Assembly: GCA_044229845.1 (NCBI GenBank)
Contig: JBGASG010000002.1
Span: forward strand, 480,001 to 544,000
Source of the DNA: Candidatus Obscuribacteraceae bacterium
Lineage (GTDB): Bacteria > Cyanobacteriota > Vampirovibrionia > Obscuribacterales > Obscuribacteraceae
DNA: 64,000 bases
Direction: 5' to 3'
Below are positions 1 through 9,205 of the stretch, in pieces; position 1 is the first letter of the stretch; each line of letters opens with the position of its first letter. The notes under the pieces are model-generated. The model saw nothing but the letters and a program-made list of their open reading frames with translations. It searched no databases and was not told the origin of the DNA. A program made the position numbers and the translations under genes.

Positions 1-1152
1 AACTGGATGAACATCAACACCGCCAAGTTGCAGGCTTTTGGCTTTGAGCCCAGTTCCCTTTTAATCGGCGCCGGCATGATTGTCGGTATGCGCGTCTCCG
101 CTTCGATGTTTATCGGTGCCCTGATTCTCTACTTCGGCTTTGCACCGTGGGTGGTGACAAATCATGTCGAGCTGCCGGAGAAGATCCTCAAATGGTCTTT
201 GTGGTCCGGTACGGCTCTGATGGTGACGTCCGGACTGACCGCTTTCGCGGTTCAGTGGAAGACGATTGTGCGTTCCTTCACGATCGCCAAGGCGGGGGAG
301 AGATCGGCTGCCCACGAAGCGCTCGATCGTATCGAAGTGCCGACCCGATGGTTTTTAATCGGCGTGATACCGCTCACCATCTGCATGGCGATTTTGCTCT
401 ACGTAGCATTCTCCATCGCTCCCTGGTTGGGCGTCATCTCCGTGCTCACCAGTTTTGTCCTGGCGCTGGTTGCCTGCCGCGCCACCGGTGAAACCGACAT
501 CACGCCGATTGGCGCCATGGGCAAGTTGACGCAAATTTTCTACGCGGCGCTTTCGCCGGCCAACATCACAACCAATTTGATGACCGCCAGCGTGACGGCC
601 AACACGGCTATCGCCTCCGCCGACCTGCTTACAGATCTTAAGAGCGGCTATCTGCTCGGCGCCAATGCCCGCCGCCAGTTTCTCGCACAGTTCATCGGCG
701 TCTTTTTCGGCACGGTCGCGGTGGTTCCCGCATGGTTTCTCATGGTGCCGGACAAGGCCACACTGGAAGCGATGAACCCACCGTCGACAAACATGTGGAA
801 AGCGGTGGCCGAGGCGCTCACCAAAGGCATACACATGATTCCGGAGTCGGCTCGCTGGGGACTCTTGATCGGCGGTCTTTTGGGCATTGTGCTGGCGCTC
901 GCCGAACACTTCTTTCCGAAGGCAAAAAAATACATGCCCTCGGCGATGGGGTTGGGACTTTCATGGGTTGTACCTTTCAGCAGCTGTTTGTCGTTTTTCC
1001 TGGGCGCAGCGGCGGCCTGGGCCTGGGCTCGATATAACAAGCGCAACGCTGAACTATTCACCGTTCCGGTTGCTTCGGGCGCCATCGCCGGTGAGTCGCT
1101 GGCATCGGCAGCCATCGCCATCATCAATGCCGCCGGCGCGATAGGGCATTAA
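1..1152 (+). CDS. OPT-family oligopeptide transporter (5'-truncated at window edge)
   Basis: Frame open from base 1; many TM helices; OPT/YSL motifs 'RATGETDITPIGAMGKLTQ' and 'SADLLTDLKSGYLLGA'. Confidence 0.9.
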   Translation, partial: NWMNINTAKLQAFGFEPSSLLIGAGMIVGMRVSASMFIGALILYFGFAPWVVTNHVELPEKILKWSLWSGTALMVTSGLTAFAVQWKTIVRSFTIAKAGERSAAHEALDRIEVPTRWFLIGVIPLTICMAILLYVAFSIAPWLGVISVLTSFVLALVACRATGETDITPIGAMGKLTQIFYAALSPANITTNLMTASVTANTAIASADLLTDLKSGYLLGANARRQFLAQFIGVFFGTVAVVPAWFLMVPDKATLEAMNPPSTNMWKAVAEALTKGIHMIPESARWGLLIGGLLGIVLALAEHFFPKAKKYMPSAMGLGLSWVVPFSSCLSFFLGAAAAWAWARYNKRNAELFTVPVASGAIAGESLASAAIAIINAAGAIGH

Positions 1153-1220
1153 ATCGCCATTTGGCGCCATTTATTCATTGCGCTACAATCAGTAAACGTG
1201 GCGTCCGTGTAGTGGAGCAA

Positions 1221-2462
1221 ATGCTTAGCCAAACGGTCGAGAAGAAAAAAGTCATTGAGGCGATCGGAGAACTTGGCCGGCGAGTGACAGCAGCCGACGT
1301 GGCCACCAAGACCGGCTTGCCGATTCTTGTTGTCGGTCAAACGCTCAACCAAGTAGCTTCGGAGACCGGCGGTCACTTGCAGGTCAGCACCACCGGCGAT
1401 ATCGCTTACTCCTTCAAACCGGGCTTCTCGCAGACTTATCTGGCCAAGGGCATCCAGCTGGCGCTCCTGAAAGCGGCCCGTTTTATCTGGCAGGTGGCTT
1501 TCTACCTGCTGCGCATCTCGTTCGGCGTCATTCTCATTTTGTCCTTGCTCTTCATCGTCACGATCATCATGACGTTCTTCCTCAGGGGCAGCGACCGCCG
1601 CCGCGAGAACGAAGACGATCCGCCCGGCATGGGCTTCGGCAACATGCTCTTCAACTACATAGTTTTGCGCGATCTGTTCACGTGGCATTCAGCCAGCGCT
1701 CCTGTGATTTACCAGTACGACCGTCCCACGGTGAGGCGCGCATCCCGCTCCAACTTTTTCCTCAACTGCTTCTCGTTTTTGTTTGGCGACGGCGATCCCA
1801 ACGAAGGGCTCGATGAGAAACGCTGGCAACTGATCGCCAAAGCGATCCGCAAGAACAACAACGTCATGACGGCTGAACAGCTGGCGCCTTACACCGGCGC
1901 CGATCCCGGTGATGAAGACTCGGTCTTGCCGGTACTCGTGCGCTTCAACGGCAAGCCGGAAGTGACCGAACGCGGCAACATCATCTACGTCTTTCCGGAG
2001 ATGCAGGTCGGCGCCGCCACCGCATTCGATACCGCCCCGCCGGCCTATCTACAGGAGTTTCCCTGGCGTTTCTCCAACATGACACCGGGGGCAACGGCAC
2101 CGGTGATTCTGGTGGCATCGCTGAACTTTGCGCTAGCCTGGCTGCTCTGGGGGTTTCTAGCCGCTGGTCCGCCCACCGGCATCCTGAAAGTGATGAATGT
2201 GCTCGTCGTTTACGGCACACTCTTCATTGCCATTCCGTCCGCGCGGGTAGCGATCAATTATTTGAAGAATAAAAACATCAACCAGCGCAACTTGCAGCGC
2301 TATGAATATGCGCTGTCCAACGCCAATCCGGTGTCCGAGTTGCAGACCAAGTTTCAGGAAGCGGAAGCCTACAAGTTGCGCACCCAAAAACTAACCGAAG
2401 ACAAAATCGTTTACACAACAGAACGCGACACGCTCGACCAAGAGTTCGACGCTACGCCCTAG
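1221..2462 (+). CDS. Conserved membrane protein similar to the cyanobacterial/plastid At5g03900-type family
   Basis: Motifs 'RVTAADVA..GL...L..VAS...GHLQVS..GDIAYSF' and 'FSFLFGDGDPNEGLDEKRW'; ATG 1221 preceded by GGAG. Confidence 0.75.
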   Translation: MLSQTVEKKKVIEAIGELGRRVTAADVATKTGLPILVVGQTLNQVASETGGHLQVSTTGDIAYSFKPGFSQTYLAKGIQLALLKAARFIWQVAFYLLRISFGVILILSLLFIVTIIMTFFLRGSDRRRENEDDPPGMGFGNMLFNYIVLRDLFTWHSASAPVIYQYDRPTVRRASRSNFFLNCFSFLFGDGDPNEGLDEKRWQLIAKAIRKNNNVMTAEQLAPYTGADPGDEDSVLPVLVRFNGKPEVTERGNIIYVFPEMQVGAATAFDTAPPAYLQEFPWRFSNMTPGATAPVILVASLNFALAWLLWGFLAAGPPTGILKVMNVLVVYGTLFIAIPSARVAINYLKNKNINQRNLQRYEYALSNANPVSELQTKFQEAEAYKLRTQKLTEDKIVYTTERDTLDQEFDATP

Positions 2463-3711
2463 TTTTGCTCTTCTGTGCCGATCTATAAAGCAGGACGCCG
2501 CCCAGCAGCAGCAGCCCAGCCGCAGTCGGCAAAAGAAACGGCGGCAGACTTTCGATCGTATTCCAGAGCGACGAGCCTTTGTCGGCAGCGCTCTGTAATT
2601 CGGCGCGCATCTCCTGGCTATTTTCCAGCTTCAGGCTTTCATCGAAAACTATCTGCGCATCGTCTCGCCGTCCCGCGGAGAGCAGGCTTTGGTAGAGGAC
2701 GGATGCCAGTTTCGGAAATAGATGACCGCTTTCCGGTGAAGTTTGCTGTATGTGAACCGACCATTCATAGCGGTTGTGCAGTTCGGTGACCGGATCTCCG
2801 AAGAGCTTACCGGCATCGGCAAAGCGTCCCCGGGCCGTCAGCAAATCCGGCAGGCGCGGACCCAGGTCGATGAGCATGCCGCGTTTGCTTTCATCGTCCT
2901 TGACTGTGTCAAACCAGCTCAAAGTGTCGTCGTCATGCCCTGTGATTTCGTTCAGCAAAATCCAGTCAAAGATGTTCTGGTCCTGAGATTGCGCGCGCAG
3001 TTTTTCAAGTTTCTCCCTGGCCGGCGGGTACTTTCCAGCCAGTTCACCCAGGGCAGCCACCAGCTCGGAGTCGCGCACAGCCATCATTTCAGGAGCTTCT
3101 TTTCCCATGTGCTCCCACAGCCAGACCAATTCTTGGGTGGCAGCCTCGTAGTGTTTGTCGTTCAGTTCGGACTCGCCACGCTTTAAGCGCGCCTCTACTT
3201 CCTTGACACCACCTTTGCCCTTAAACCTCTGGTAGCGCGCCGCCGCCACAGCCGCCGGGCTGCCGCCGTCCTGCTCAACTGCGGAGAGCCACGCCAGTAG
3301 GTCCTCGGGATCCTGATAGCCGGTCTGTCGAGCTGTTTCGTGGTGCGGATCTGTGCGCGAGAAAATCACCACGGTCGGCATGGCGCTGATATTCAAGTCA
3401 GCGGCTACCGCCTTGTCGGCATCCACGTCGACCTGCACCGCGATGGCATTTTTCGTCATCCATTGCTCGACTTGCGGGTCGCTCCAGGTGTTTTCGTCCA
3501 TCATGCGACAAGGCCCGCACCAGGTGGCGGTCGCGTCGGCAATCACATATTTGTGCGCCGTCCCGGCTTTGGTTTGCGCCTGCGACAGCGAGAGCGATGC
3601 GAAAATCTGCGGGTGTGCCGGCGTGTCGGCCGCGCCCGCCAGCATCAAAAGCGCGCCCAGACCGGCTGCCAGAGCAGCCTTGCAGACTGGCAGGCGAGCC
3701 GCGCTGCGCAT
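2452..3711 (-). CDS. Exported thioredoxin-family protein (WCGPC) with helical C-terminal region and C-terminal TM anchor
   Basis: Signal-like N-terminus, ATWCGPC, cis-Pro loop 'AMPT', hydrophobic C-tail. Confidence 0.8.
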   Translation of the reverse strand: MRSAARLPVCKAALAAGLGALLMLAGAADTPAHPQIFASLSLSQAQTKAGTAHKYVIADATATWCGPCRMMDENTWSDPQVEQWMTKNAIAVQVDVDADKAVAADLNISAMPTVVIFSRTDPHHETARQTGYQDPEDLLAWLSAVEQDGGSPAAVAAARYQRFKGKGGVKEVEARLKRGESELNDKHYEAATQELVWLWEHMGKEAPEMMAVRDSELVAALGELAGKYPPAREKLEKLRAQSQDQNIFDWILLNEITGHDDDTLSWFDTVKDDESKRGMLIDLGPRLPDLLTARGRFADAGKLFGDPVTELHNRYEWSVHIQQTSPESGHLFPKLASVLYQSLLSAGRRDDAQIVFDESLKLENSQEMRAELQSAADKGSSLWNTIESLPPFLLPTAAGLLLLGGVLLYRSAQKSKTRA

Positions 3712-4827
3712 CTACTTGCTTTTGATCAGCGACGGAGCCTGGTCGAGAAACTTGTGCATCTCAGGTGTATCTTCGAGTTCGTAGCTCTCTGCGAGCACTT
3801 GCTTGGCTTCATCGTTGCGACCGGCGGCCAGCAGAGATGCATAGATGAGCAGGGCGCTTTCAGGAAACGGATTGTAAGGCGCCCGTTTCTTGATGATCGC
3901 AGCAATCTCGTGTTCGCGTCTCAATTCGTCCAGCGGGTGCGGATAGAGCACTGCGATGTCCGCCCAGCGTTTGCGCTCGAGCAGAAGTTTGCGCAGGTCG
4001 ACAGTCGACTTGCTGATGTTTTCGGCTTGCTTGGGATCTTTTTTGGCGGTGTCGAACCAGGCAAGAGTTTCTTCACCGTGACCAAGCATGGAGTTAAGCA
4101 AAACCCAGTCAGGCACGTTGCTTTCTTTGGCCTCGGCGCGCAATTTTTCGAATTGCGTCTTGGCATTGTTGTCCTGAGCCGCCAGTTGCGCGATGTTGTC
4201 GGCAACGTACGAATCGCGGACGCCGATTGACTGCGGATCGGTCTGCGCCATGTTATTCCACAACCAGAGATACTGCTCCGTGGCGCCGGGCAGATCTTCA
4301 GCATCTACTAGAGCCCGCGCTACTTCGTAGCGCATTTGTACTTCTTGGGTGCCGCCCTTGCCCTGCACTGCTTTCAGCTGTGATTTGAGAAGGTCGATGG
4401 ACCGCATTCCTTTTGATGCCGCATCGAACCAGGCCAGCAATTGCTTGGGTTCCTGGTATCCCACTTGCCGGTCGAACTCGCCGGCGCCCTCGGGACGAAA
4501 AATCAAAACCGACGGCATGGCACTTATCTTGAATTCTCGCGACAGTTTTTCTTCCTTGTCGACATCAATCTGGACGGCGATGGCATTCTTGGCAATCCAT
4601 TGCTCCACCGGAGCAGCCGACCAGGTATTTTCGTCCATTTTGTGGCAAGGATCGCACCAGGTGGCGGTAAAATCGGCGACCACCAGCTTGCCGGCCTTCT
4701 TTGCTTGCTCTCTGGCCTGGGCCAGCGTCAGGTCCGAAAATGCCTTCGGGTGAGCGAAAGCACCCAATTGCCCCATGGAAAGCAGCAAAACCGCCAGGCA
4801 GCCGGCAACACGCATATGCAATTTCAT
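3712..4827 (-). CDS. Exported thioredoxin-family protein (WCDPC), paralog of neighbour
   Basis: Signal peptide, DFTATWCDPC, 'AMPS'; full-length similarity to 2452..3711; ATG 4827 with GGGAG upstream. Confidence 0.8.
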   Translation of the reverse strand: MKLHMRVAGCLAVLLLSMGQLGAFAHPKAFSDLTLAQAREQAKKAGKLVVADFTATWCDPCHKMDENTWSAAPVEQWIAKNAIAVQIDVDKEEKLSREFKISAMPSVLIFRPEGAGEFDRQVGYQEPKQLLAWFDAASKGMRSIDLLKSQLKAVQGKGGTQEVQMRYEVARALVDAEDLPGATEQYLWLWNNMAQTDPQSIGVRDSYVADNIAQLAAQDNNAKTQFEKLRAEAKESNVPDWVLLNSMLGHGEETLAWFDTAKKDPKQAENISKSTVDLRKLLLERKRWADIAVLYPHPLDELRREHEIAAIIKKRAPYNPFPESALLIYASLLAAGRNDEAKQVLAESYELEDTPEMHKFLDQAPSLIKSK

Positions 4828-4977
4828 CTTTACTCCCATCGGGTGTCCAATCCATACAGATCTGGCCAAAGCGGCGGACCCAGCCGCTTAAGCGCCCATT
4901 GTACCCGGGAGGCGAAAAGTGGTCATAGGGAATCTGAGAGGGAATAATATGACCGGACAGGAAAGGGGTCGATCCCT

Positions 4978-6840
4978 ATGAAGTTTGAATTTTCGGAAGA
5001 GAACTATCAATGGTGTGGGCAGTGTGGTGGCAACGTCCGCAAGGATGTGGACTGGTGTCGCTATTGCCATAAGAAGATCGGCAGCCGTTTCCTGCGTGAC
5101 GAGCGCATCGTCCACCCATCCAATATTATTGACGGCGCCGCCCACTGGTTGCCCGACTTCGGCAATACCATCGCGCGCACTTCCGCCTACTTGCAAGAGC
5201 GCATTCGACGCGCCGACTCGGCGCTGGCTCGCGATCTGGGCGAAGAGGAAGGAAAGTTTTTCGCGGAAAAACAGAAGAAACGCACCGTCAATGCCTGCAG
5301 TGAATTCCCGCCGTCGGTGCAGGCAGCCGGTCTGGTCTGGGACATCATGCTCAGCTTGCGTGCCAACCTGGTCGATGTGGTGGCGCTCTGCGAAGACAAA
5401 CGCCTGCCTCTAATCGGAATCACCCCGGAGAGCCTGGCTCGCGAAGCGGAAGCACGTCTGGAAGAAACGCACGGCGGCAATCGTTGCAAGTATTGCTTTG
5501 AATTCATCGCCGCCAGCGCACCACAATGCCGTTATTGCGAATCAGACGGACAGTCGCCGCCCAAGAAGGTCGAGCAGGTAATCGTTTTCCGGCGCCTCGA
5601 CCCTGATTTGCTGGCTGAGGTGATTCTGTTCGAAGCGGCTAAAGCCAAAGCCAAGTCCGATCCTCCGTTGCCCACCGAAGTGCTCGAGAGGCATAGCATC
5701 ACGCCGGAGATTATCGAAGCCGAAGTGCAAAAGCGGCTGAAGCGCGAGCAAAAAATCCCCATGTCGGTCTGGCGAGCCAAACAAAAACAGTTGGGCGTCA
5801 AAACCGAACGCCCGCTCGCCGACGCAGCCATGGAAGATTTGCTTTCGCTGGCTTCCGGTTGTTCATGGGAAAACCGCAATCAAGAAGCTCAAATCGTCTA
5901 CCAGCATGCCACCTATCGCCTGGATGACTGTGACAACGCAACGTTGTTCAAAACCCGCATTTTGACCGGGCTGGCGTCGATTGCGCTCAGTCAGAACGAT
6001 GTCGAATCCTATAATAAATACAACAATGAAGCGAACGCATTGCGCAAAACGGAGATGCCGGCCATACTGCGCAAGCCCGCCGAGGACGAGACGGCACCTT
6101 TATCCAGCTCGTCGACCAGCAATAAAGTGGAAGAGCATCTGAAGCGCATGAAAGAGCGGCAGGCACAGGCAGCCGCAGAACAGGCGCCGCCCCAGCTGAC
6201 CAAAGTGATGGCTCAGTTGAATAATAAGATGAACAGCATGATGGGCAACACCATCGAACTTGCCAAACTGAAGCTGGATGCCGACACTGCTCGCGACACC
6301 GGAGATCTGGATCGGTCGGTGACCCTGATCGAAACCGGGCTCTCTCGACTGCGCAACAACGTCACTGACGTGATCAAGCAAGTGGAATTGCTGGGCATGC
6401 TGGCCCACGTCCAGAAGTTGCAGGGCAATCTTGATGGTGCGGAGGCGACTCATAAGCACGCCATTTCCATCGGCGAAGAACTGGCCGAACTGGGTGATGG
6501 ACAGGAGCATCCAGTCATCGAACACGCTAATTACAGGTATGGATGTTTTCTGGTTGATTGCGAGCGTTTCGCCGAAGCCGAGACTCACCTTGACCTGGCT
6601 CTGAAAGGCAGCCGGGAACATGATGAGCGACTACCGGACAGCTTGCGTTCCAAAGGTCCCTGGATATCAGAAATGGAAGCCAACATCAAAAAAGAGCTAG
6701 CGCGGTTGTATCGCAAAACCGACCGCCATACAGAAGCAGACGAAGCAGAAGCGGAAGCCATCCAGATACATCAGAAGCTGATGGAACAGAAGAAGACAAC
6801 CGGCACTCTGCGCAAATTTTCTGGCGCTACGCCTGAGTAG
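4978..6840 (+). CDS. Protein with two CxxC..CxxC zinc ribbons and C-terminal TPR-like repeats
   Basis: CGQC..CRYC at N-terminus, CKYC..CRYC internally, helical TPR-like C-half. Confidence 0.65.
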   Translation: MKFEFSEENYQWCGQCGGNVRKDVDWCRYCHKKIGSRFLRDERIVHPSNIIDGAAHWLPDFGNTIARTSAYLQERIRRADSALARDLGEEEGKFFAEKQKKRTVNACSEFPPSVQAAGLVWDIMLSLRANLVDVVALCEDKRLPLIGITPESLAREAEARLEETHGGNRCKYCFEFIAASAPQCRYCESDGQSPPKKVEQVIVFRRLDPDLLAEVILFEAAKAKAKSDPPLPTEVLERHSITPEIIEAEVQKRLKREQKIPMSVWRAKQKQLGVKTERPLADAAMEDLLSLASGCSWENRNQEAQIVYQHATYRLDDCDNATLFKTRILTGLASIALSQNDVESYNKYNNEANALRKTEMPAILRKPAEDETAPLSSSSTSNKVEEHLKRMKERQAQAAAEQAPPQLTKVMAQLNNKMNSMMGNTIELAKLKLDADTARDTGDLDRSVTLIETGLSRLRNNVTDVIKQVELLGMLAHVQKLQGNLDGAEATHKHAISIGEELAELGDGQEHPVIEHANYRYGCFLVDCERFAEAETHLDLALKGSREHDERLPDSLRSKGPWISEMEANIKKELARLYRKTDRHTEADEAEAEAIQIHQKLMEQKKTTGTLRKFSGATPE

Positions 6841-7477
6841 ACTCCGGCTTTGCATTTTGGATGGCGAGTGCCTGCAGACTCGCGCCGTTGTAGCGATTGC
6901 GATCGACAGGTCCTTGAATGCCGTCGACTGCACCCTTGCTTGTATATTGCCAGATTGTCCAGTGCTGCCAGGGCTGCGGAATTAGCGGTCTATCGACCGA
7001 ATTCCAATTAGGCACCCAGAGCGGGTGGCTCGCCAGGTCAGCACCGTCTATGGTGGCAGTATCAAGCATATCCCTGGCGAAGTAATATCCGATGTAAACC
7101 AGTGGAGTTACCTGCAGCACGGCCCTGGCTTGCTGCAACCAACGGCAAAGAAACTGCCGACGCTGCGCCAGCGGCACGGGCGCCCACTTATCGCCTTCCA
7201 TATCCAGCGCCGGCGGCAGATCACCCGGTTCCAAGACCCCAACTGTGCGGGCGAAACTCTCCACCTGCTCCTCGACTGCCGAAGCTGGCGAGAGAAAGTG
7301 ATAAGCACCACGGACGATACCGCACTCTCTGGACGACTGCCAGTCCCGCGCGAACCCCGGGTTGACGTAAGTGGCTCCCTCGGTGGCTTTTATATAGGCA
7401 AAGGAAACCCCGGCTTCTTTCACCTTTCGCCAGTCTATAGAACCCTGCCAGCTCGAAACATCGATGCCTTCTATCAC
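6827..7477 (-). CDS. Glycoside hydrolase family 25 muramidase (lysozyme)
   Basis: 'GIDVSSWQG', 'YIKATEG', 'GAYHF', 'LDME', 'WQYTSKG..DGI..PVD.N'. Confidence 0.92.
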   Translation of the reverse strand: MIEGIDVSSWQGSIDWRKVKEAGVSFAYIKATEGATYVNPGFARDWQSSRECGIVRGAYHFLSPASAVEEQVESFARTVGVLEPGDLPPALDMEGDKWAPVPLAQRRQFLCRWLQQARAVLQVTPLVYIGYYFARDMLDTATIDGADLASHPLWVPNWNSVDRPLIPQPWQHWTIWQYTSKGAVDGIQGPVDRNRYNGASLQALAIQNAKPESTQA

Positions 7478-7531
7478 TTCTGTATCACGCCTCGAGCGGT
7501 AACGACTTCAGAACCGGGAGCGCGCAATAGA

Positions 7532-7561
7532 CAAAGAGGGCAGCGCCGGCCGCCCTCTTTG
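7532..7561 (-). terminator. Stem-loop downstream of the Spy/CpxP-like gene
   Basis: CAAAGAGGGC...GCCCTCTTTG inverted repeat; weak U-tail on minus strand. Confidence 0.5.
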
Positions 7562-7591
7562 CACATAGTTGAAACGCCTTGGCGGGCAAGG

Positions 7592-8419
7592 TTATTGCGG
7601 CCCGGGTCCTGGTCCGCCGGGTCCACCCGGTCCACCCGGTCCACCCGGTCCACCCGGTCCACCCGGTCCGCCGTGTCCGTGATGACCACCATGATGCATC
7701 TTGCCGCCGCCGCCCATGCCCATCGGGCAGGCACCACCGCCTCCACCACCATGCATGCGACGCATCATCATGCCGCGATGTCCGCGCATAAAGTCGTGCA
7801 TAACAGCCATCTTCAAGAAACGCTCATGCAGCACTTTGCGCTGATCGGGCGTAAGAACGGCAAGCATGGACAGCTTTTTGTCCAGCTTCATGCTGGCCAG
7901 GTCGCCATGCAGTCCGTTGATCTTGTTCTGCAGCGAGGTAGCCTTACTGCGGTCCACATCCACAGCCATCAGCGTGTCTTTGAGACTGGAAGAAGCCTGC
8001 TGCAACTCGAACATCTTGGGCGCCGACTTATCGTTGAATTCTTTTGATACCTGATACAGCTTCTCCCACTGGTCGTCGGTGAGCGCCTGCTCTTTAGGGA
8101 ACAGACCGTGGTGTCCGCCATGTCCCGCATCGGCGACTAGTGTCGGGCCGCCTGCGGTGGGGGGAAGCGATGCCAGGAACAGTTCCGCCGGCGGAACCAT
8201 GGATGCTTCGAGAATATCTTCCTCTTCAATGCCGCCCATCAACGGCGGGGCAGCAATGGTAAATACGACGTCTGGTCCGCCGACGGGCGGCATCATGGCA
8301 GGCGGCGGCATTGCGGGGGCGCCTGGCCCTTCGTCATCGACCTGTGCGTAGGCAGCCAGCCCAGCTGTGGAAGATACCAGCACGGCTGCTGCGGCCAGTA
8401 AGAGTTTGGATTTACGCAT
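7592..8419 (-). CDS. Periplasmic Spy/CpxP (LTxxQ) family protein with His/Met/Gly-rich tail
   Basis: Signal peptide, LTDDQ and LTPDQR motifs flanking a helical hairpin. Confidence 0.8.
   Translation of the reverse strand: MRKSKLLLAAAAVLVSSTAGLAAYAQVDDEGPGAPAMPPPAMMPPVGGPDVVFTIAAPPLMGGIEEEDILEASMVPPAELFLASLPPTAGGPTLVADAGHGGHHGLFPKEQALTDDQWEKLYQVSKEFNDKSAPKMFELQQASSSLKDTLMAVDVDRSKATSLQNKINGLHGDLASMKLDKKLSMLAVLTPDQRKVLHERFLKMAVMHDFMRGHRGMMMRRMHGGGGGGACPMGMGGGGKMHHGGHHGHGGPGGPGGPGGPGGPGGPGGPGPGPQ
7611..7673. repeat. 9-bp tandem repeat x7 encoding (GGP)n
   Basis: GGTCCACCC x5 flanked by two GGTCCGCCG units. Confidence 0.95.
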
Positions 8420-8467
8420 TAATCGCTCCTTGCAAAACGGACAGTTAGATCAGGGCACACAAACTAA

Positions 8468-8493
8468 AACGCTTGAGACCTCCAAAAAGTTCA
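8468..8493 (-). promoter_or_regulatory. Putative ECF-sigma promoter of the Spy/CpxP-like gene
   Basis: TGAACT-N16-CGTT on minus strand about 50 bp upstream of the ATG. Confidence 0.5.
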
Positions 8494-8594
8494 ATTCTCC
8501 AGATTAAAAATAACTCCGTTTATCTTCTGGGTCTGATGTCCTTCCATTATCCGCCGTATCAGCTTCTATTGCCTCGCACTCCTGGAGCTGCCTA

Positions 8595-8702
8595 TTGCCA
8601 GATTGGCAAATTGCGGGCGTCAGAAGTTGCCGATCTGGCAACAGACGTCCGTTTTAATCTGAATTTGCAAGCACGCGACCTCGAAAATTGCCAATCTGGC
8701 AA
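8595..8702. repeat. Three 15-bp palindromic TTGCC-N5-GGCAA sites
   Basis: TTGCCAGATTGGCAA 8595-8609, TTGCCGATCTGGCAA 8627-8641, TTGCCAATCTGGCAA 8688-8702. Confidence 0.85.
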
Positions 8703-8729
8703 GCCCTGATTTAGACGAATAACTTTAAT

Positions 8730-9203
8730 TTAGCTGGTGGCTTCTGCTTTCAGTTCGTCGATCAAATCGATCAATCGGCTGCGTACGCTTTCGCCGATAT
8801 TAACCAGTTGGTCGCGACGGATGCGCAATTTGAAGGGTATGCCTTTCACGACAATCGAGAGGTCATACCACTCTTCTTCAGCCTTCTGAAGAAACTCCTC
8901 GATCGCTCCGATGCCGAAACCAAGAAAGGCTGGATAGTCACCAATATTGGTGTCACTGACATCGACCCATTCGCCGGATGGAACTTGCGCTAAATAGGTC
9001 CCGAGAAGCTTGCGATACTGCGGTTCGTGCAACGAGCTTTCTGCAATGTCCAGCTCGCGCTTAGGATAGCCGGTCAATTCGTTTTGCAGCCAGCGCAGCC
9101 GGATGTCTGTGAGATTGCCGCCCGCTTCGTCACGGATGCGCTCGATGGCCCGCTTCAGGGGCATCGACCGGTCGAGCAAGCTCTGTCTTACGTCGTCCAG
9201 CAC
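8730..9203 (-). CDS. Stand-alone AbiTii-like domain protein
   Basis: 'WLQNELTGY', 'GIGAIEEFL', 'QLVNIGESVRSRLIDLI' resemble the AbiTii pattern; GTG start 2 nt after the asnS stop. Confidence 0.55.
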   Translation of the reverse strand: MLDDVRQSLLDRSMPLKRAIERIRDEAGGNLTDIRLRWLQNELTGYPKRELDIAESSLHEPQYRKLLGTYLAQVPSGEWVDVSDTNIGDYPAFLGFGIGAIEEFLQKAEEEWYDLSIVVKGIPFKLRIRRDQLVNIGESVRSRLIDLIDELKAEATS

Positions 9204-9205
9204 AT

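Noticed and set aside
6827..7477. GH25 lysozyme as a prophage marker
   Set aside because: No holin, structural, terminase or integrase genes nearby.
8595..8702. Mini-CRISPR interpretation of the three palindromes
   Set aside because: Repeats are only 15 bp, spacers are unequal (17 and 46 bp), and no cas genes are present.
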